Shown: positions 26,501 to 41,500 of the stretch, piece after piece | Layout: each line of letters opens with the position of its first letter | How positions within the stretch are numbered: position 1 is the first letter of the stretch | Source of the DNA: Balanoglossus misakiensis | Taxonomy: Eukaryota; Animalia; Hemichordata | Reading direction: 5' to 3' | DNA length: 64,000 nucleotides | Assembly (NCBI GenBank): GCA_040954595.2 | Contig: CM082588.2 | Location: forward strand, 8,912,844-8,976,843 | Notes under the pieces: generated by a model | Told to the model about the DNA's origin: nothing | What the model saw: the letters and a program-made list of their open reading frames with translations, nothing else | The model's database searches: none | Translations under genes and position numbers: made by a program

Positions 26501-29500
26501 TGTGAGAACTTTTAACGACATTATTATTGTATTTTTTATCATTTTCTTAAATCCAATTCATTTCAATATCTACGCTGCGTTTTTTATCTGTCGGGTATAA
26601 GAAACATGCAGGGAAACTTGGTCATTTTTTTGTCGCGGTTCACTTGGGCAAGTCTGAATACGGAGTGCTCAGCAGAGAGAAAGATAAACTCGCTAAAACC
26701 GTGTCTTTCCGTCCGCATGACCAACCACGGAGCGAAAAGTCGTTATTTAGGCCGTAATAAAACGTTTTTGTCGCCGAGGAGTGAATAAAGAACGGTCAGA
26801 TCGTTGCGGTGCAGGGAACTCTTATTTGCACCGCTGCGGTGCAAATAAGATCATTGGAGTTATGCTGCAATATAGTGCGGAAAATTTCCGTCTTTTTCGA
26901 GTACACATCGTGGTGGCGAAGGGTTCACCAAGGCTAACCTTTTACCTGAAGGTGTCAACTGATGTTGGTTCGAGACCACCTTTTTTCTCTTTCTTTTTTT
27001 GTGAGAACTTTTAACGACATTATTATTGTATTTTTTATCATTTTCTTAAATCCAATTCATTTCAATATCTACGCTGCGTTTTTTATCTGTCGGGTATAAG
27101 AAACATGCAGGGAAACTTGGTCATTTTTTTGTCGCGGTTCACTTGGGCAAGTCTGAATACGGAGTGCTCAGCAGAGAGAAAGATAAACTCGCTAAAACCG
27201 TGTCTTTCCGTCCGCATGACCAACCACGGAGCGAAAAGTCGTTATTTAGGCCGTAATAAAACGTTTTTGTCGCCGAGGAGTGAATAAAGAACGGTCAGAT
27301 CGTTGCGGTGCAGGGAACTCTTATTTGCACCGCTGCGGTGCAATTAAGATCATTGGAGTTATGCTGCAATATAGTGCGGAAAATTTCCGTCTTTTTCGAG
27401 TACACATCGTGATGGCGAAGGTTTCAGGAAGGCTAACCTTTTACCTGAAGGTGTCAACTGATGTTGGTTCGAGACCACTTTTTTTCTATTTCTTTTTTGT
27501 GAGAACTTTTAACGACATTATTATTGTAATTTTTATCATTTTCTTAAATCCAATACATTTCAATATCTACGCTGCGTTGTTTATCTGTCGGGTATAAGAA
27601 ACATGCAGGGAAACTTGGTCATTTTTTTGTCGCGGTTCACTTGGGCAAGTCTGAATACGGAGTGCTCAGCAGAGAGAAAGATAAACTCGCTAAAACCGTG
27701 TCTTTCCGTCCGCATGACCAACCACGGAGCGAAAAGTCGTTATTTAGGCCGTAATAAAACGTTTTTGTCGCCGAGGAGTGAATAAAGAACGGTCAGATCG
27801 TTGCGGTGCAGGGAACTCTTATTTGCACCGCTGCGGTGCAATTAAGATCATTGGAGTTATGCTGCAATATAGTGCGGAAAATTTCCGTCTTTTTCGAGTA
27901 CACATCGTGATGGCGAAGGGTTCAGGAAGGCTAACCTTTTACCTGAAGGTGTCAACTGATGTTGGTTCGAGACCACCTTTTTTCTATTTCTTTTTTGTGA
28001 GAACTTTTAACGACATTATTATTGTAATTTTTATCATTTTCTTAAATCCAATACATTTCAATATCTACGCTGCGTTTTTTATCTGTCGGGTATAAGAAAC
28101 ATGCAGGGAAACTTGGTCATTTTTTTGTCGCGGTTCACTTGGGCAAGTCTGAATACGGAGTGCTCAGCAGAGAGAAAGATAAACTCGCTAAAACCGTGTC
28201 TTTCCGTCCGCATGACCAACCACGGAGCGAAAAGTCGTTATTTAGGCCGTAATAAAACGTTTTTGTTGCCGAGGAGTGAATAAAGAACGGTCAGATCGTT
28301 GCGGTGCAGGGAACTCTTATTTGCACCGCTGCGGTGCAAATAAGATCATTGGAGTTATGCTGCAATGTAGTGCGGAAAATTTCCGTCTTTTTCGAGTACA
28401 CATCGTGATGGCGAAGGGTTCACCAAGGCTAACCTTTTACCTGAAGGTGTCAACTGATGTTGGTTCGAGACCACCTTTTTTCTCTTTCTTTTTTTGTGAG
28501 AACTTTTAACGACATTATTATTGTATTTTTTATCATTTTCTTAAATCCAATTCATTTCAATATCTACGCTGCGTTTTTTATCTGTCGGGTATAAGAAACA
28601 TGCAGGGAAACTTGGTCATTTTTTTGTCGCGGTTCACTTGGGCAAGTCTGAATACGGAGTGCTCAGCAGAGAGAAAGATAAACTCGCTAAAACCGTGTCT
28701 TTCCGTCCGCATGACCAACCACGGAGCGAAAAGTCGTTTTTTAGGCCGTAATAAAACGTTTTTGTCGCCGAGGAGTGAATAAAGAACGGTCAGATCGTTG
28801 CGGTGCAGGGAACTCTTATTTGCACCGCTGCGGTGCAAATAAGATCATTGGAGTTATGCTGCAATGTAGTGCGGAAAATTTCCGTCTTTTTCGAGTACAC
28901 ATCGTGATGGCGAAGGGTTCACCAAGGCTAACCTTTTACCTGAAGGTGTCAACTGATGTTGGTTCGAGACCACCTTTTTTCTCTTTCTTTTTTGTGAGAA
29001 CTTTTAACGACATTATTATTGTATTTTTTATCATTTTCTTAAATCCAATTCATTTCAATATCTACGCTGCGTTTTTTATCTGTCGGGTATAAGAAACATG
29101 CAGGGAAACTTGGTCATTTTTTTGTCGCGGTTCACTTGGGCAAGTCTGAATACGGAGTGCTCAGCAGAGAGAAAGATAAACTCGCTAAAACCGTGTCTTT
29201 CCGTCCGCATGACCAACCACGGAGCGAAAAGTCGTTATTTAGGCCGTAATAAAACGTTTTTGTCGCCGAGGAGTGAATAAAGAACGGTCAGATCGTTGCG
29301 GTGCAGGGAACTCTTATTTGCACCGCTGCGGTGCAATTAAGATCATTGGAGTTATGCTGCAATATAGTGCGGAAAATTTCCGTCTTTTTCGAGTACACAT
29401 CGTGATGGCGAAGGTTTCAGGAAGGCTAACCTTTTACCTGAAGGTGTCAACTGATGTTGGTTCGAGACCACTTTTTTTCTATTTCTTTTTTTGTGAGAAC

Positions 29501-32500
29501 TTTTAACGACATTATTATTGTAATTTTTATCATTTTCTTAAATCCAATTCATTTCAATATCTACGCTGCGTTTTTTATCTGTCGGGTATAAGAAACATGC
29601 AGGGAAACTTGGTCATTTTTTTGTCGCGGTTCACTTGGGCAAGTCTGAATACGGAGTGCTCAGCAGAGAGAAAGATAAACTCGCTAAAACCGTGTCTTTC
29701 CGTCCGCATGACCAACCACGGAGCGAAAAGTCGTTATTTAGGCCGTAATAAAACGTTTTTGTCGCCGAGGAGTGAATAAAGAACGGTCAGATCATTGCGG
29801 TGCAGGGAACTCTTATTTGCACCGCTGCGGTGCAAATAAGATCATTGGAGTTATGCTGCAATATAGTGCGGAAAATTTCCGTCTTTTTCGAGTACACATC
29901 GTGGTGGCGAAGGGTTCACCAAGGCTAACCTTTTACCTGAAGGTGTCAACTGATGTTGGTTCGAGACCACCTTTTTTCTCTTTCTTTTTTGTGAGAACTT
30001 TTAACGACATTATTATTGTATTTTTTTATCATTTTCTTAAATCCAATTCATTTCAATATCTACGCTGCGTTTTTTATCTGTCGGGTATAAGAAACATGCA
30101 GGGAAACTTGGTCATTTTTTTGTCGCGGTTCACTTGGGCAAGTCTGAATACGGAGTGCTCAGCAGAGAGAAAGATAAACTCGCTAAAACCGTGTCTTTCC
30201 GTCCGCATGACCAACCACGGAGCGAAAAGTCGTTTTTTAGGCCGTAATAAAACGTTTTTGTCGCCGAGGAGTGAATAAAGAACGGTCAGATCGTTGCGGT
30301 GCAGGGAACTCTTATTTGCACCGCTGCGGTGCAAATAAGATCATTGGAGTTATGCTGCAATATAGTGCGGAAAATTTCCGTCTTTTTCGAGTACACATCG
30401 TGATGGCGAAGGGTTCACCAAGGCTAACCTTTTACCTGAAGGTGTCAACTGATGTTGGTTCGAGACCACCTTTTTTCTCTTTCTTTTTTTGTGAGAACTT
30501 TTAACGACATTATTATTGTATTTTTTATCATTTTCTTAAATCCAATTCATTTCAATATCTACGCTGCGTTTTTTATCTGTCGGGTATAAGAAACATGCAG
30601 GGAAACTTGGTCATTTTTTTGTCGCGGTTCACTTGGGCAAGTCTGAATACGGAGTGCTCAGCAGAGAGAAAGATAAACTCGCTAAAACCGTGTCTTTCCG
30701 TCCGCATGACCAACCACGGAGCGAAAAGTCGTTATTTAGGCCGTAATAAAACGTTTTTGTCGCCGAGGAGTGAATAAAGAACGGTCAGATCGTTGCGGTG
30801 CAGGGAACTCTTATTTGCACCGCTGCGGTGCAAATAAGATCATTGGAGTTATGCTGCAATATAGTGCGGAAAATTTCCGTCTTTTTCGAGTACACATCGT
30901 GGTGGCGAAGGGTTCACCAAGGCTAACCTTTTACCTGAAGGTGTCAACTGATGTTGGTTCGAGACCACCTTTTTTCTCTTTCTTTTTTTGTGAGAACTTT
31001 TAACGACATTATTATTGTATTTTTTATCATTTTCTTAAATCCAATTCATTTCAATATCTACGCTGCGTTTTTTATCTGTCGGGTATAAGAAACATGCAGG
31101 GAAACTTGGTCATTTTTTTGTCGCGGTTCACTTGGGCAAGTCTGAATACGGAGTGCTCAGCAGAGAGAAAGATAAACTCGCTAAAACCGTGTCTTTCCGT
31201 CCGCATGACCAACCACGGAGCGAAAAGTCGTTTTTTAGGCCGTAATAAAACGTTTTTGTCGCCGAGGAGTGAATAAAGAACGGTCAGATCGTTGCGGTGC
31301 AGGGAACTCTTATTTGCACCGCTGCGGTGCAAATAAGATCATTGGAGTTATGCTGCAATGTAGTGCGGAAAATTTCCGTCTTTTTCGAGTACACATCGTG
31401 ATGGCGAAGGGTTCACCAAGGCTAACCTTTTACCTGAAGGTGTCAACTGATGTTGGTTCGAGACCACTTTTTTTCTATTTCTTTTTTTTGTGAGAACTTT
31501 TAACGACATTATTATTGTAATTTGTATCATTTTCTTAAATCCAATTCATTTCAATATCTACGCTGCGTTTTTTATCTGTCGGGTATAAGAAACATGCAGG
31601 GAAACTTGGTCATTTTTTGTCGCGGTTCACTTGGGCAAGTCTGAATACGGAGTGCTCAGCAGAGAGAAAGATAAACTCGCTAAAACCGTGTCTTTCCGTC
31701 CGCATGACCAACCACGGAGCGAAAAGTCGATATTTAGGCCGTAATAAAACGTTTTTGTCGCCGAGGAGTGAATAAAGAACGGTCAGATCGTTGCGGTGCA
31801 GGGAACTTTTATTTGCACCGCAGCGGTGCAAATAAGATCATTGGAGTTATGCTGCAATATAGTGCGGAAAATTTCCGACTTTTTCGAGTACTCATCGTGA
31901 TGGCGAAGGGTTCAGGAAGGCTAACCTTTTTACCTGAAGGTGTCAACTGATGTTGGTTCGAGACCACTTTTTTTCTATTTCTTTTTTTGTGAGAACTTTT
32001 AACGACATTATTATTGTAATTTTTATCATTTTCTTAAATCCAATTCATTTCAATATCTACGCTGCGTTTTTTATCTGTCGGGTATAAGAAACATGCAGGG
32101 AAACTTGGTCATTTTTTTGTCGCGGTTCACTTGGGCAAGTCTGAATACGGAGTGCTCAGCAGAGAGAAAGATAAACTCGCTAAAACCGTGTCTTTCCGTC
32201 CGCATGACCAACCACGGAGCGAAAAGTCGTTATTTAGGCCGTAATAAAACGTTTTTGTCGCCGAGGAGTGAATAAAGAACGGTCAGATCGTTGCGGTGCA
32301 GGGAACTCTTATTTGCACCGCTGCGGTGCAAATAAGATCATTGGAGTTATGCTGCAATATAGTGCGGAAAATTTCGGTCTTTTTCGAGTACACATCGTGA
32401 TGGCGAAGGGTTCAGGAAGGCTAACCTTTTACCTGAAGGTGTCAACTGATGTTGGTTCGAGACCACTTTTTTTCTATTTCTTTTTTTTGTGAGAACTTTT

Positions 32501-35500
32501 AACGACATTATAATTGTAATTTTTATCATTTTCTTAAATCCAATACATTTCAATATCTACGCTGCGTTTTTTATCTGTCGGGTATAAGAAACATGCAGGG
32601 AAACTTGGTCATTTTTTTGTCGCGGTTCACTTGGGCAAGTCTGAATACGGAGTGCTCAGCAGAGAGAAAGATAAACTCGCTAAAACCGTGTCTTTCCGTC
32701 CGCATGACCAACCACGGAGCGAAAAGTCGTTATTTAGGCCGTAATAAAACGTTTTTGTCGCCGAGGAGTGAATAAAGAACGGTCAGATCGTTGCGGTGCA
32801 GGGAACTCTTATTTGCACCGCTGCGGTGCAAATAAGATCATAGGAGTTATGCTGCAATATAGTGCGGAAAATTTCCGTCTTTTTCGAGTACACATCGTGA
32901 TGGCGAAGGTTTCAGGAAGGCTAACCTTTTACCTGAAGGTGTCAACTGATGTTGGTTCGAGACCACCTTTTTTCTCTTTCTTTTTTTGTGAGAACTTTTA
33001 ACGACATTATTATTGTATTTTTTATCATTTTCTTAAATCCAATTCATTTCAATATCTACGCTGCGTTTTTTATCTGTCGGGTATAAGAAACATGCAGGGA
33101 AACTTGGTCATTTTTTTGTCGCGGTTCACTTGGGCAAGTCTGAATACGGAGTGCTCAGCAGAGAGAAAGATAAACTCGCTAAAACCGTGTCTTTCCGTCC
33201 GCATGACCAACCACGGAGCGAAAAGTCGTTATTTAGGCCGTAATAAAACGTTTTTGTCGCCGAGGAGTGAATAAAGAACGGTCAGATCGTTGCGGTGCAG
33301 GGAACTCTTATTTGCACCGCTGCGGTGCAAATAAGATCATTGGAGTTATGCTGCAATATAGTGCGGAAAATTTCCGTCTTTTTCGAGTACACATCGTGGT
33401 GGCGAAGGGTTCACCAAGGCTAACCTTTTACCTGAAGGTGTCAACTGATGTTGGTTCGAGACCACCTTTTTTCTCTTTCTTTTTTTGTGAGAACTTTTAA
33501 CGACATTATTATTGTATTTTTTATCATTTTCTTAAATCCAATTCATTTCAATATCTACGCTGCGTTTTTTATCTGTCGGGTATAAGAAACATGCAGGGAA
33601 ACTTGGTCATTTTTTTGTCGCGGTTCACTTGGGCAAGTCTGAATACGGAGTGCTCAGCAGAGAGAAAGATAAACTCGCTAAAACCGTGTCTTTCCGTCCG
33701 CATGACCAACCACGGAGCGAAAAGTCGTTATTTAGGCCGTAATAAAACGTTTTTGTCGCCGAGGAGTGAATAAAGAACGGTCAGATCGTTGCGGTGCAGG
33801 GAACTCTTATTTGCACCGCTGCGGTGCAATTAAGATCATTGGAGTTATGCTGCAATATAGTGCGGAAAATTTCCGTCTTTTTCGAGTACACATCGTGATG
33901 GCGAAGGTTTCAGGAAGGCTAACCTTTTACCTGAAGGTGTCAACTGATGTTGGTTCGAGACCACTTTTTTTCTATTTCTTTTTTGTGAGAACTTTTAACG
34001 ACATTATTATTGTAATTTTTATCATTTTCTTAAATCCAATACATTTCAATATCTACGCTGCGTTGTTTATCTGTCGGGTATAAGAAACATGCAGGGAAAC
34101 TTGGTCATTTTTTTGTCGCGGTTCACTTGGGCAAGTCTGAATACGGAGTGCTCAGCAGAGAGAAAGATAAACTCGCTAAAACCGTGTCTTTCCGTCCGCA
34201 TGACCAACCACGGAGCGAAAAGTCGTTATTTAGGCCGTAATAAAACGTTTTTGTCGCCGAGGAGTGAATAAAGAACGGTCAGATCGTTGCGGTGCAGGGA
34301 ACTCTTATTTGCACCGCTGCGGTGCAATTAAGATCATTGGAGTTATGCTGCAATATAGTGCGGAAAATTTCCGTCTTTTTCGAGTACACATCGTGATGGC
34401 GAAGGGTTCAGGAAGGCTAACCTTTTACCTGAAGGTGTCAACTGATGTTGGTTCGAGACCACCTTTTTTCTATTTCTTTTTTGTGAGAACTTTTAACGAC
34501 ATTATTATTGTAATTTTTATCATTTTCTTAAATCCAATACATTTCAATATCTACGCTGCGTTTTTTATCTGTCGGGTATAAGAAACATGCAGGGAAACTT
34601 GGTCATTTTTTTGTCGCGGTTCACTTGGGCAAGTCTGAATACGGAGTGCTCAGCAGAGAGAAAGATAAACTCGCTAAAACCGTGTCTTTCCGTCCGCATG
34701 ACCAACCACGGAGCGAAAAGTCGTTATTTAGGCCGTAATAAAACGTTTTTGTCGCCGAGGAGTGAATAAAGAACGGTCAGATCGTTGCGGTGCAGGGAAC
34801 TCTTATTTGCACCGCTGCGGTGCAAATAAGATCATAGGAGTTATGCTGCAATATAGTGCGGAAAATTTCCGTCTTTTTCGAGTACACATCGTGATGGCGA
34901 AGGTTTCAGGAAGGCTAACCTTTTACCTGAAGGTGTCAACTGATGTTGGTTCGAGACCACCTTTTTTCTCTTTCTTTTTTTGTGAGAACTTTTAACGACA
35001 TTATTATTGTATTTTTTATCATTTTCTTAAATCCAATTCATTTCAATATCTACGCTGCGTTTTTTATCTGTCGGGTATAAGAAACATGCAGGGAAACTTG
35101 GTCATTTTTTTGTCGCGGTTCACTTGGGCAAGTCTGAATACGGAGTGCTCAGCAGAGAGAAAGATAAACTCGCTAAAACCGTGTCTTTCCGTCCGCATGA
35201 CCAACCACGGAGCGAAAAGTCGTTATTTAGGCCGTAATAAAACGTTTTTGTCGCCGAGGAGTGAATAAAGAACGGTCAGATCGTTGCGGTGCAGGGAACT
35301 CTTATTTGCACCGCTGCGGTGCAAATAAGATCATTGGAGTTATGCTGCAATATAGTGCGGAAAATTTCCGTCTTTTTCGAGTACACATCGTGGTGGCGAA
35401 GGGTTCACCAAGGCTAACCTTTTTACCTGAAGGTGTCAACTGATGTTGGTTCGAGACCACCTTTTTTCTCTTTCTTTTTTTGTGAGAACTTTTAACGACA

Positions 35501-38500
35501 TTATTATTGTATTTTTTATCATTTTCTTAAATCCAATTCATTTCAATATCTACGCTGCGTTTTTTATCTGTCGGGTATAAGAAACATGCAGGGAAACTTG
35601 GTCATTTTTTTGTCGCGGTTCACTTGGGCAAGTCTGAATACGGAGTGCTCAGCAGAGAGAAAGATAAACTCGCTAAAACCGTGTCTTTCCGTCCGCATGA
35701 CCAACCACGGAGCGAAAAGTCGTTATTTAGGCCGTAATAAAACGTTTTTGTCGCCGAGGAGTGAATAAAGAACGGTCAGATCGTTGCGGTGCAGGGAACT
35801 CTTATTTGCACCGCTGCGGTGCAATTAAGATCATTGGAGTTATGCTGCAATATAGTGCGGAAAATTTCCGTCTTTTTCGAGTACACATCGTGATGGCGAA
35901 GGTTTCAGGAAGGCTAACCTTTTACCTGAAGGTGTCAACTGATGTTGGTTCGAGACCACTTTTTTTCTATTTCTTTTTTGTGAGAACTTTTAACGACATT
36001 ATTATTGTAATTTTTATCATTTTCTTAAATCCAATACATTTCAATATCTACGCTGCGTTGTTTATCTGTCGGGTATAAGAAACATGCAGGGAAACTTGGT
36101 CATTTTTTTGTCGCGGTTCACTTGGGCAAGTCTGAATACGGAGTGCTCAGCAGAGAGAAAGATAAACTCGCTAAAACCGTGTCTTTCCGTCCGCATGACC
36201 AACCACGGAGCGAAAAGTCGTTATTTAGGCCGTAATAAAACGTTTTTGTCGCCGAGGAGTGAATAAAGAACGGTCAGATCGTTGCGGTGCAGGGAACTCT
36301 TATTTGCACCGCTGCGGTGCAATTAAGATCATTGGAGTTATGCTGCAATATAGTGCGGAAAATTTCCGTCTTTTTCGAGTACACATCGTGATGGCGAAGG
36401 GTTCAGGAAGGCTAACCTTTTACCTGAAGGTGTCAACTGATGTTGGTTCGAGACCACCTTTTTTCTATTTCTTTTTTGTGAGAACTTTTAACGACATTAT
36501 TATTGTAATTTTTATCATTTTCTTAAATCCAATACATTTCAATATCTACGCTGCGTTTTTTATCTGTCGGGTATAAGAAACATGCAGGGAAACTTGGTCA
36601 TTTTTTTGTCGCGGTTCACTTGGGCAAGTCTGAATACGGAGTGCTCAGCAGAGAGAAAGATAAACTCGCTAAAACCGTGTCTTTCCGTCCGCATGACCAA
36701 CCACGGAGCGAAAAGTCGTTATTTAGGCCGTAATAAAACGTTTTTGTTGCCGAGGAGTGAATAAAGAACGGTCAGATCGTTGCGGTGCAGGGAACTCTTA
36801 TTTGCACCGCTGCGGTGCAAATAAGATCATTGGAGTTATGCTGCAATGTAGTGCGGAAAATTTCCGTCTTTTTCGAGTACACATCGTGATGGCGAAGGGT
36901 TCACCAAGGCTAACCTTTTACCTGAAGGTGTCAACTGATGTTGGTTCGAGACCACCTTTTTTCTCTTTCTTTTTTTGTGAGAACTTTTAACGACATTATT
37001 ATTGTATTTTTTATCATTTTCTTAAATCCAATTCATTTCAATATCTACGCTGCGTTTTTTATCTGTCGGGTATAAGAAACATGCAGGGAAACTTGGTCAT
37101 TTTTTTGTCGCGGTTCACTTGGGCAAGTCTGAATACGGAGTGCTCAGCAGAGAGAAAGATAAACTCGCTAAAACCGTGTCTTTCCGTCCGCATGACCAAC
37201 CACGGAGCGAAAAGTCGTTTTTTAGGCCGTAATAAAACGTTTTTGTCGCCGAGGAGTGAATAAAGAACGGTCAGATCGTTGCGGTGCAGGGAACTCTTAT
37301 TTGCACCGCTGCGGTGCAAATAAGATCATTGGAGTTATGCTGCAATGTAGTGCGGAAAATTTCCGTCTTTTTCGAGTACACATCGTGATGGCGAAGGGTT
37401 CACCAAGGCTAACCTTTTACCTGAAGGTGTCAACTGATGTTGGTTCGAGACCACCTTTTTTCTCTTTCTTTTTTGTGAGAACTTTTAACGACATTATTAT
37501 TGTATTTTTTATCATTTTCTTAAATCCAATTCATTTCAATATCTACGCTGCGTTTTTTATCTGTCGGGTATAAGAAACATGCAGGGAAACTTGGTCATTT
37601 TTTTGTCGCGGTTCACTTGGGCAAGTCTGAATACGGAGTGCTCAGCAGAGAGAAAGATAAACTCGCTAAAACCGTGTCTTTCCGTCCGCATGACCAACCA
37701 CGGAGCGAAAAGTCGTTATTTAGGCCGTAATAAAACGTTTTTGTCGCCGAGGAGTGAATAAAGAACGGTCAGATCGTTGCGGTGCAGGGAACTCTTATTT
37801 GCACCGCTGCGGTGCAATTAAGATCATTGGAGTTATGCTGCAATATAGTGCGGAAAATTTCCGTCTTTTTCGAGTACACATCGTGATGGCGAAGGTTTCA
37901 GGAAGGCTAACCTTTTACCTGAAGGTGTCAACTGATGTTGGTTCGAGACCACTTTTTTTCTATTTCTTTTTTTGTGAGAACTTTTAACGACATTATTATT
38001 GTAATTTTTATCATTTTCTTAAATCCAATTCATTTCAATATCTACGCTGCGTTTTTTATCTGTCGGGTATAAGAAACATGCAGGGAAACTTGGTCATTTT
38101 TTTGTCGCGGTTCACTTGGGCAAGTCTGAATACGGAGTGCTCAGCAGAGAGAAAGATAAACTCGCTAAAACCGTGTCTTTCCGTCCGCATGACCAACCAC
38201 GGAGCGAAAAGTCGTTATTTAGGCCGTAATAAAACGTTTTTGTCGCCGAGGAGTGAATAAAGAACGGTCAGATCATTGCGGTGCAGGGAACTCTTATTTG
38301 CACCGCTGCGGTGCAAATAAGATCATTGGAGTTATGCTGCAATATAGTGCGGAAAATTTCCGTCTTTTTCGAGTACACATCGTGGTGGCGAAGGGTTCAC
38401 CAAGGCTAACCTTTTACCTGAAGGTGTCAACTGATGTTGGTTCGAGACCACCTTTTTTCTCTTTCTTTTTTGTGAGAACTTTTAACGACATTATTATTGT

Positions 38501-41500
38501 ATTTTTTTATCATTTTCTTAAATCCAATTCATTTCAATATCTACGCTGCGTTTTTTATCTGTCGGGTATAAGAAACATGCAGGGAAACTTGGTCATTTTT
38601 TTGTCGCGGTTCACTTGGGCAAGTCTGAATACGGAGTGCTCAGCAGAGAGAAAGATAAACTCGCTAAAACCGTGTCTTTCCGTCCGCATGACCAACCACG
38701 GAGCGAAAAGTCGTTTTTTAGGCCGTAATAAAACGTTTTTGTCGCCGAGGAGTGAATAAAGAACGGTCAGATCGTTGCGGTGCAGGGAACTCTTATTTGC
38801 ACCGCTGCGGTGCAAATAAGATCATTGGAGTTATGCTGCAATATAGTGCGGAAAATTTCCGTCTTTTTCGAGTACACATCGTGATGGCGAAGGGTTCACC
38901 AAGGCTAACCTTTTACCTGAAGGTGTCAACTGATGTTGGTTCGAGACCACCTTTTTTCTCTTTCTTTTTTTGTGAGAACTTTTAACGACATTATTATTGT
39001 ATTTTTTATCATTTTCTTAAATCCAATTCATTTCAATATCTACGCTGCGTTTTTTATCTGTCGGGTATAAGAAACATGCAGGGAAACTTGGTCATTTTTT
39101 TGTCGCGGTTCACTTGGGCAAGTCTGAATACGGAGTGCTCAGCAGAGAGAAAGATAAACTCGCTAAAACCGTGTCTTTCCGTCCGCATGACCAACCACGG
39201 AGCGAAAAGTCGTTATTTAGGCCGTAATAAAACGTTTTTGTCGCCGAGGAGTGAATAAAGAACGGTCAGATCGTTGCGGTGCAGGGAACTCTTATTTGCA
39301 CCGCTGCGGTGCAAATAAGATCATTGGAGTTATGCTGCAATATAGTGCGGAAAATTTCCGTCTTTTTCGAGTACACATCGTGGTGGCGAAGGGTTCACCA
39401 AGGCTAACCTTTTACCTGAAGGTGTCAACTGATGTTGGTTCGAGACCACCTTTTTTCTCTTTCTTTTTTTGTGAGAACTTTTAACGACATTATTATTGTA
39501 TTTTTTATCATTTTCTTAAATCCAATTCATTTCAATATCTACGCTGCGTTTTTTATCTGTCGGGTATAAGAAACATGCAGGGAAACTTGGTCATTTTTTT
39601 GTCGCGGTTCACTTGGGCAAGTCTGAATACGGAGTGCTCAGCAGAGAGAAAGATAAACTCGCTAAAACCGTGTCTTTCCGTCCGCATGACCAACCACGGA
39701 GCGAAAAGTCGTTTTTTAGGCCGTAATAAAACGTTTTTGTCGCCGAGGAGTGAATAAAGAACGGTCAGATCGTTGCGGTGCAGGGAACTCTTATTTGCAC
39801 CGCTGCGGTGCAAATAAGATCATTGGAGTTATGCTGCAATGTAGTGCGGAAAATTTCCGTCTTTTTCGAGTACACATCGTGATGGCGAAGGGTTCACCAA
39901 GGCTAACCTTTTACCTGAAGGTGTCAACTGATGTTGGTTCGAGACCACCTTTTTTCTCTTTCTTTTTTGTGAGAACTTTTAACGACATTATTATTGTATT
40001 TTTTATCATTTTCTTAAATCCAATTCATTTCAATATCTACGCTGCGTTTTTTATCTGTCGCGTATAAGAAAAATGCAGGGAAACTTGGTCATTTTTTTGT
40101 CGCGGTTCACTTGGGCAAGTCTGAATACGGAGTGCTCAGCAGAGAGAAAGATAAACTCGCTAAAACCGTGTCTTTCCGTCCGCATGACCAACCACGGAGC
40201 GAAAAGTCGTTATTTAGGCCGTAATAAAACGTTTTTGTCGCCGAGGAGTGAATAAAGAACGGTCAGATCGTTGCGGTGCAGGGAACTCTTATTTGCACCG
40301 CTGCGGTGCAAATAAGATCATTGGAGTTATGCTGCAATGTAGTGCGGAAAATTTCCGTCTTTTTCGAGTACACATCGTGATGGCGAAGGGTTCACCAAGG
40401 CTAACCTTTTACCTGAAGGTGTCAACTGATGTTGGTTCGAGACCACTTTTTTTCTCTTTCTTTTTTTGTGAGAACTTTTAACGACATTATTATTGTATTT
40501 TTTATCATTTTCTTAAATCCAATTCATTTCAATATCTACGCTGCGTTTTTTATCTGTCGGGTATAAGAAACATGCAGGGAAACTTGGTCATTTTTTTGTC
40601 GCGGTTCACTTGGGCAAGTCTGAATACGGAGTGCTCAGCAGAGAGAAAGATAAACTCGCTAAAACCGTGTCTTTCCGTCCGCATGACCAACCACGGAGCG
40701 AAAAGTCGTTATTTAGGCCGTAATAAAACGTTTTTGTCGCCGAGGAGTGAATAAAGAACGGTCAGATCGTTGCGGTGCAGGGAACTCTTATTTGCACCGC
40801 TGCGGTGCAGGGAACTCTTATTTGCACCGCGGAGATAATTGGAGTTATGCTGCATTATAGTGCGGAAAATTTCCGACTTTTTAAGTACACATCGTGATGG
40901 CGAAGGGTTCAGGAAGGCTAGCCTTTTACCTGAAGGTGTCAACTGATGTTGGTTCGAGACCACTTTTTTTCTATTTCTTTTTTTTGTGAGAACTTGTAAC
41001 GACATTTTCATTGTAAGTTTTATCATTTTCTTAAATCCAATTCATTTCAATATCTACGCTGCGTTTTTTATCTGTCGGGTATAAGAAACATGCAGGGAAA
41101 CTTGGTCATTTTTTTGTCGCGGTTCACTTGGGCAAGTCTGAATACGGAGTGCTCAGCAGAGAGAAAGATAAACTCGCTAAAACGGTACCGTGTCTTTCCG
41201 TCCGCATGACCAACCACGGAGCGAAAAGTTGTTCTTTAGGCCGTAATAAAACGTTTTTGTCGCCGAGGAGTGAATAAAGAACGGTCAGATCGTTGCGGTG
41301 CAGGGAACTCTTATTTGCACCGCTGCGGTGCAAATAAGATCATTGGAGTTATGCTGCAATATAGTGCGGAAAATTTCCGACTTTTTCGAGTACACATCGT
41401 GATGGCGAAGGGTTCAGGAAGGCTAACCTTTTACCTGAAGGTGTCAACTGATGTTGGTTCGAGACCACTTTTTTTCTATTTCTTTTTTTGTGAGAACTTT

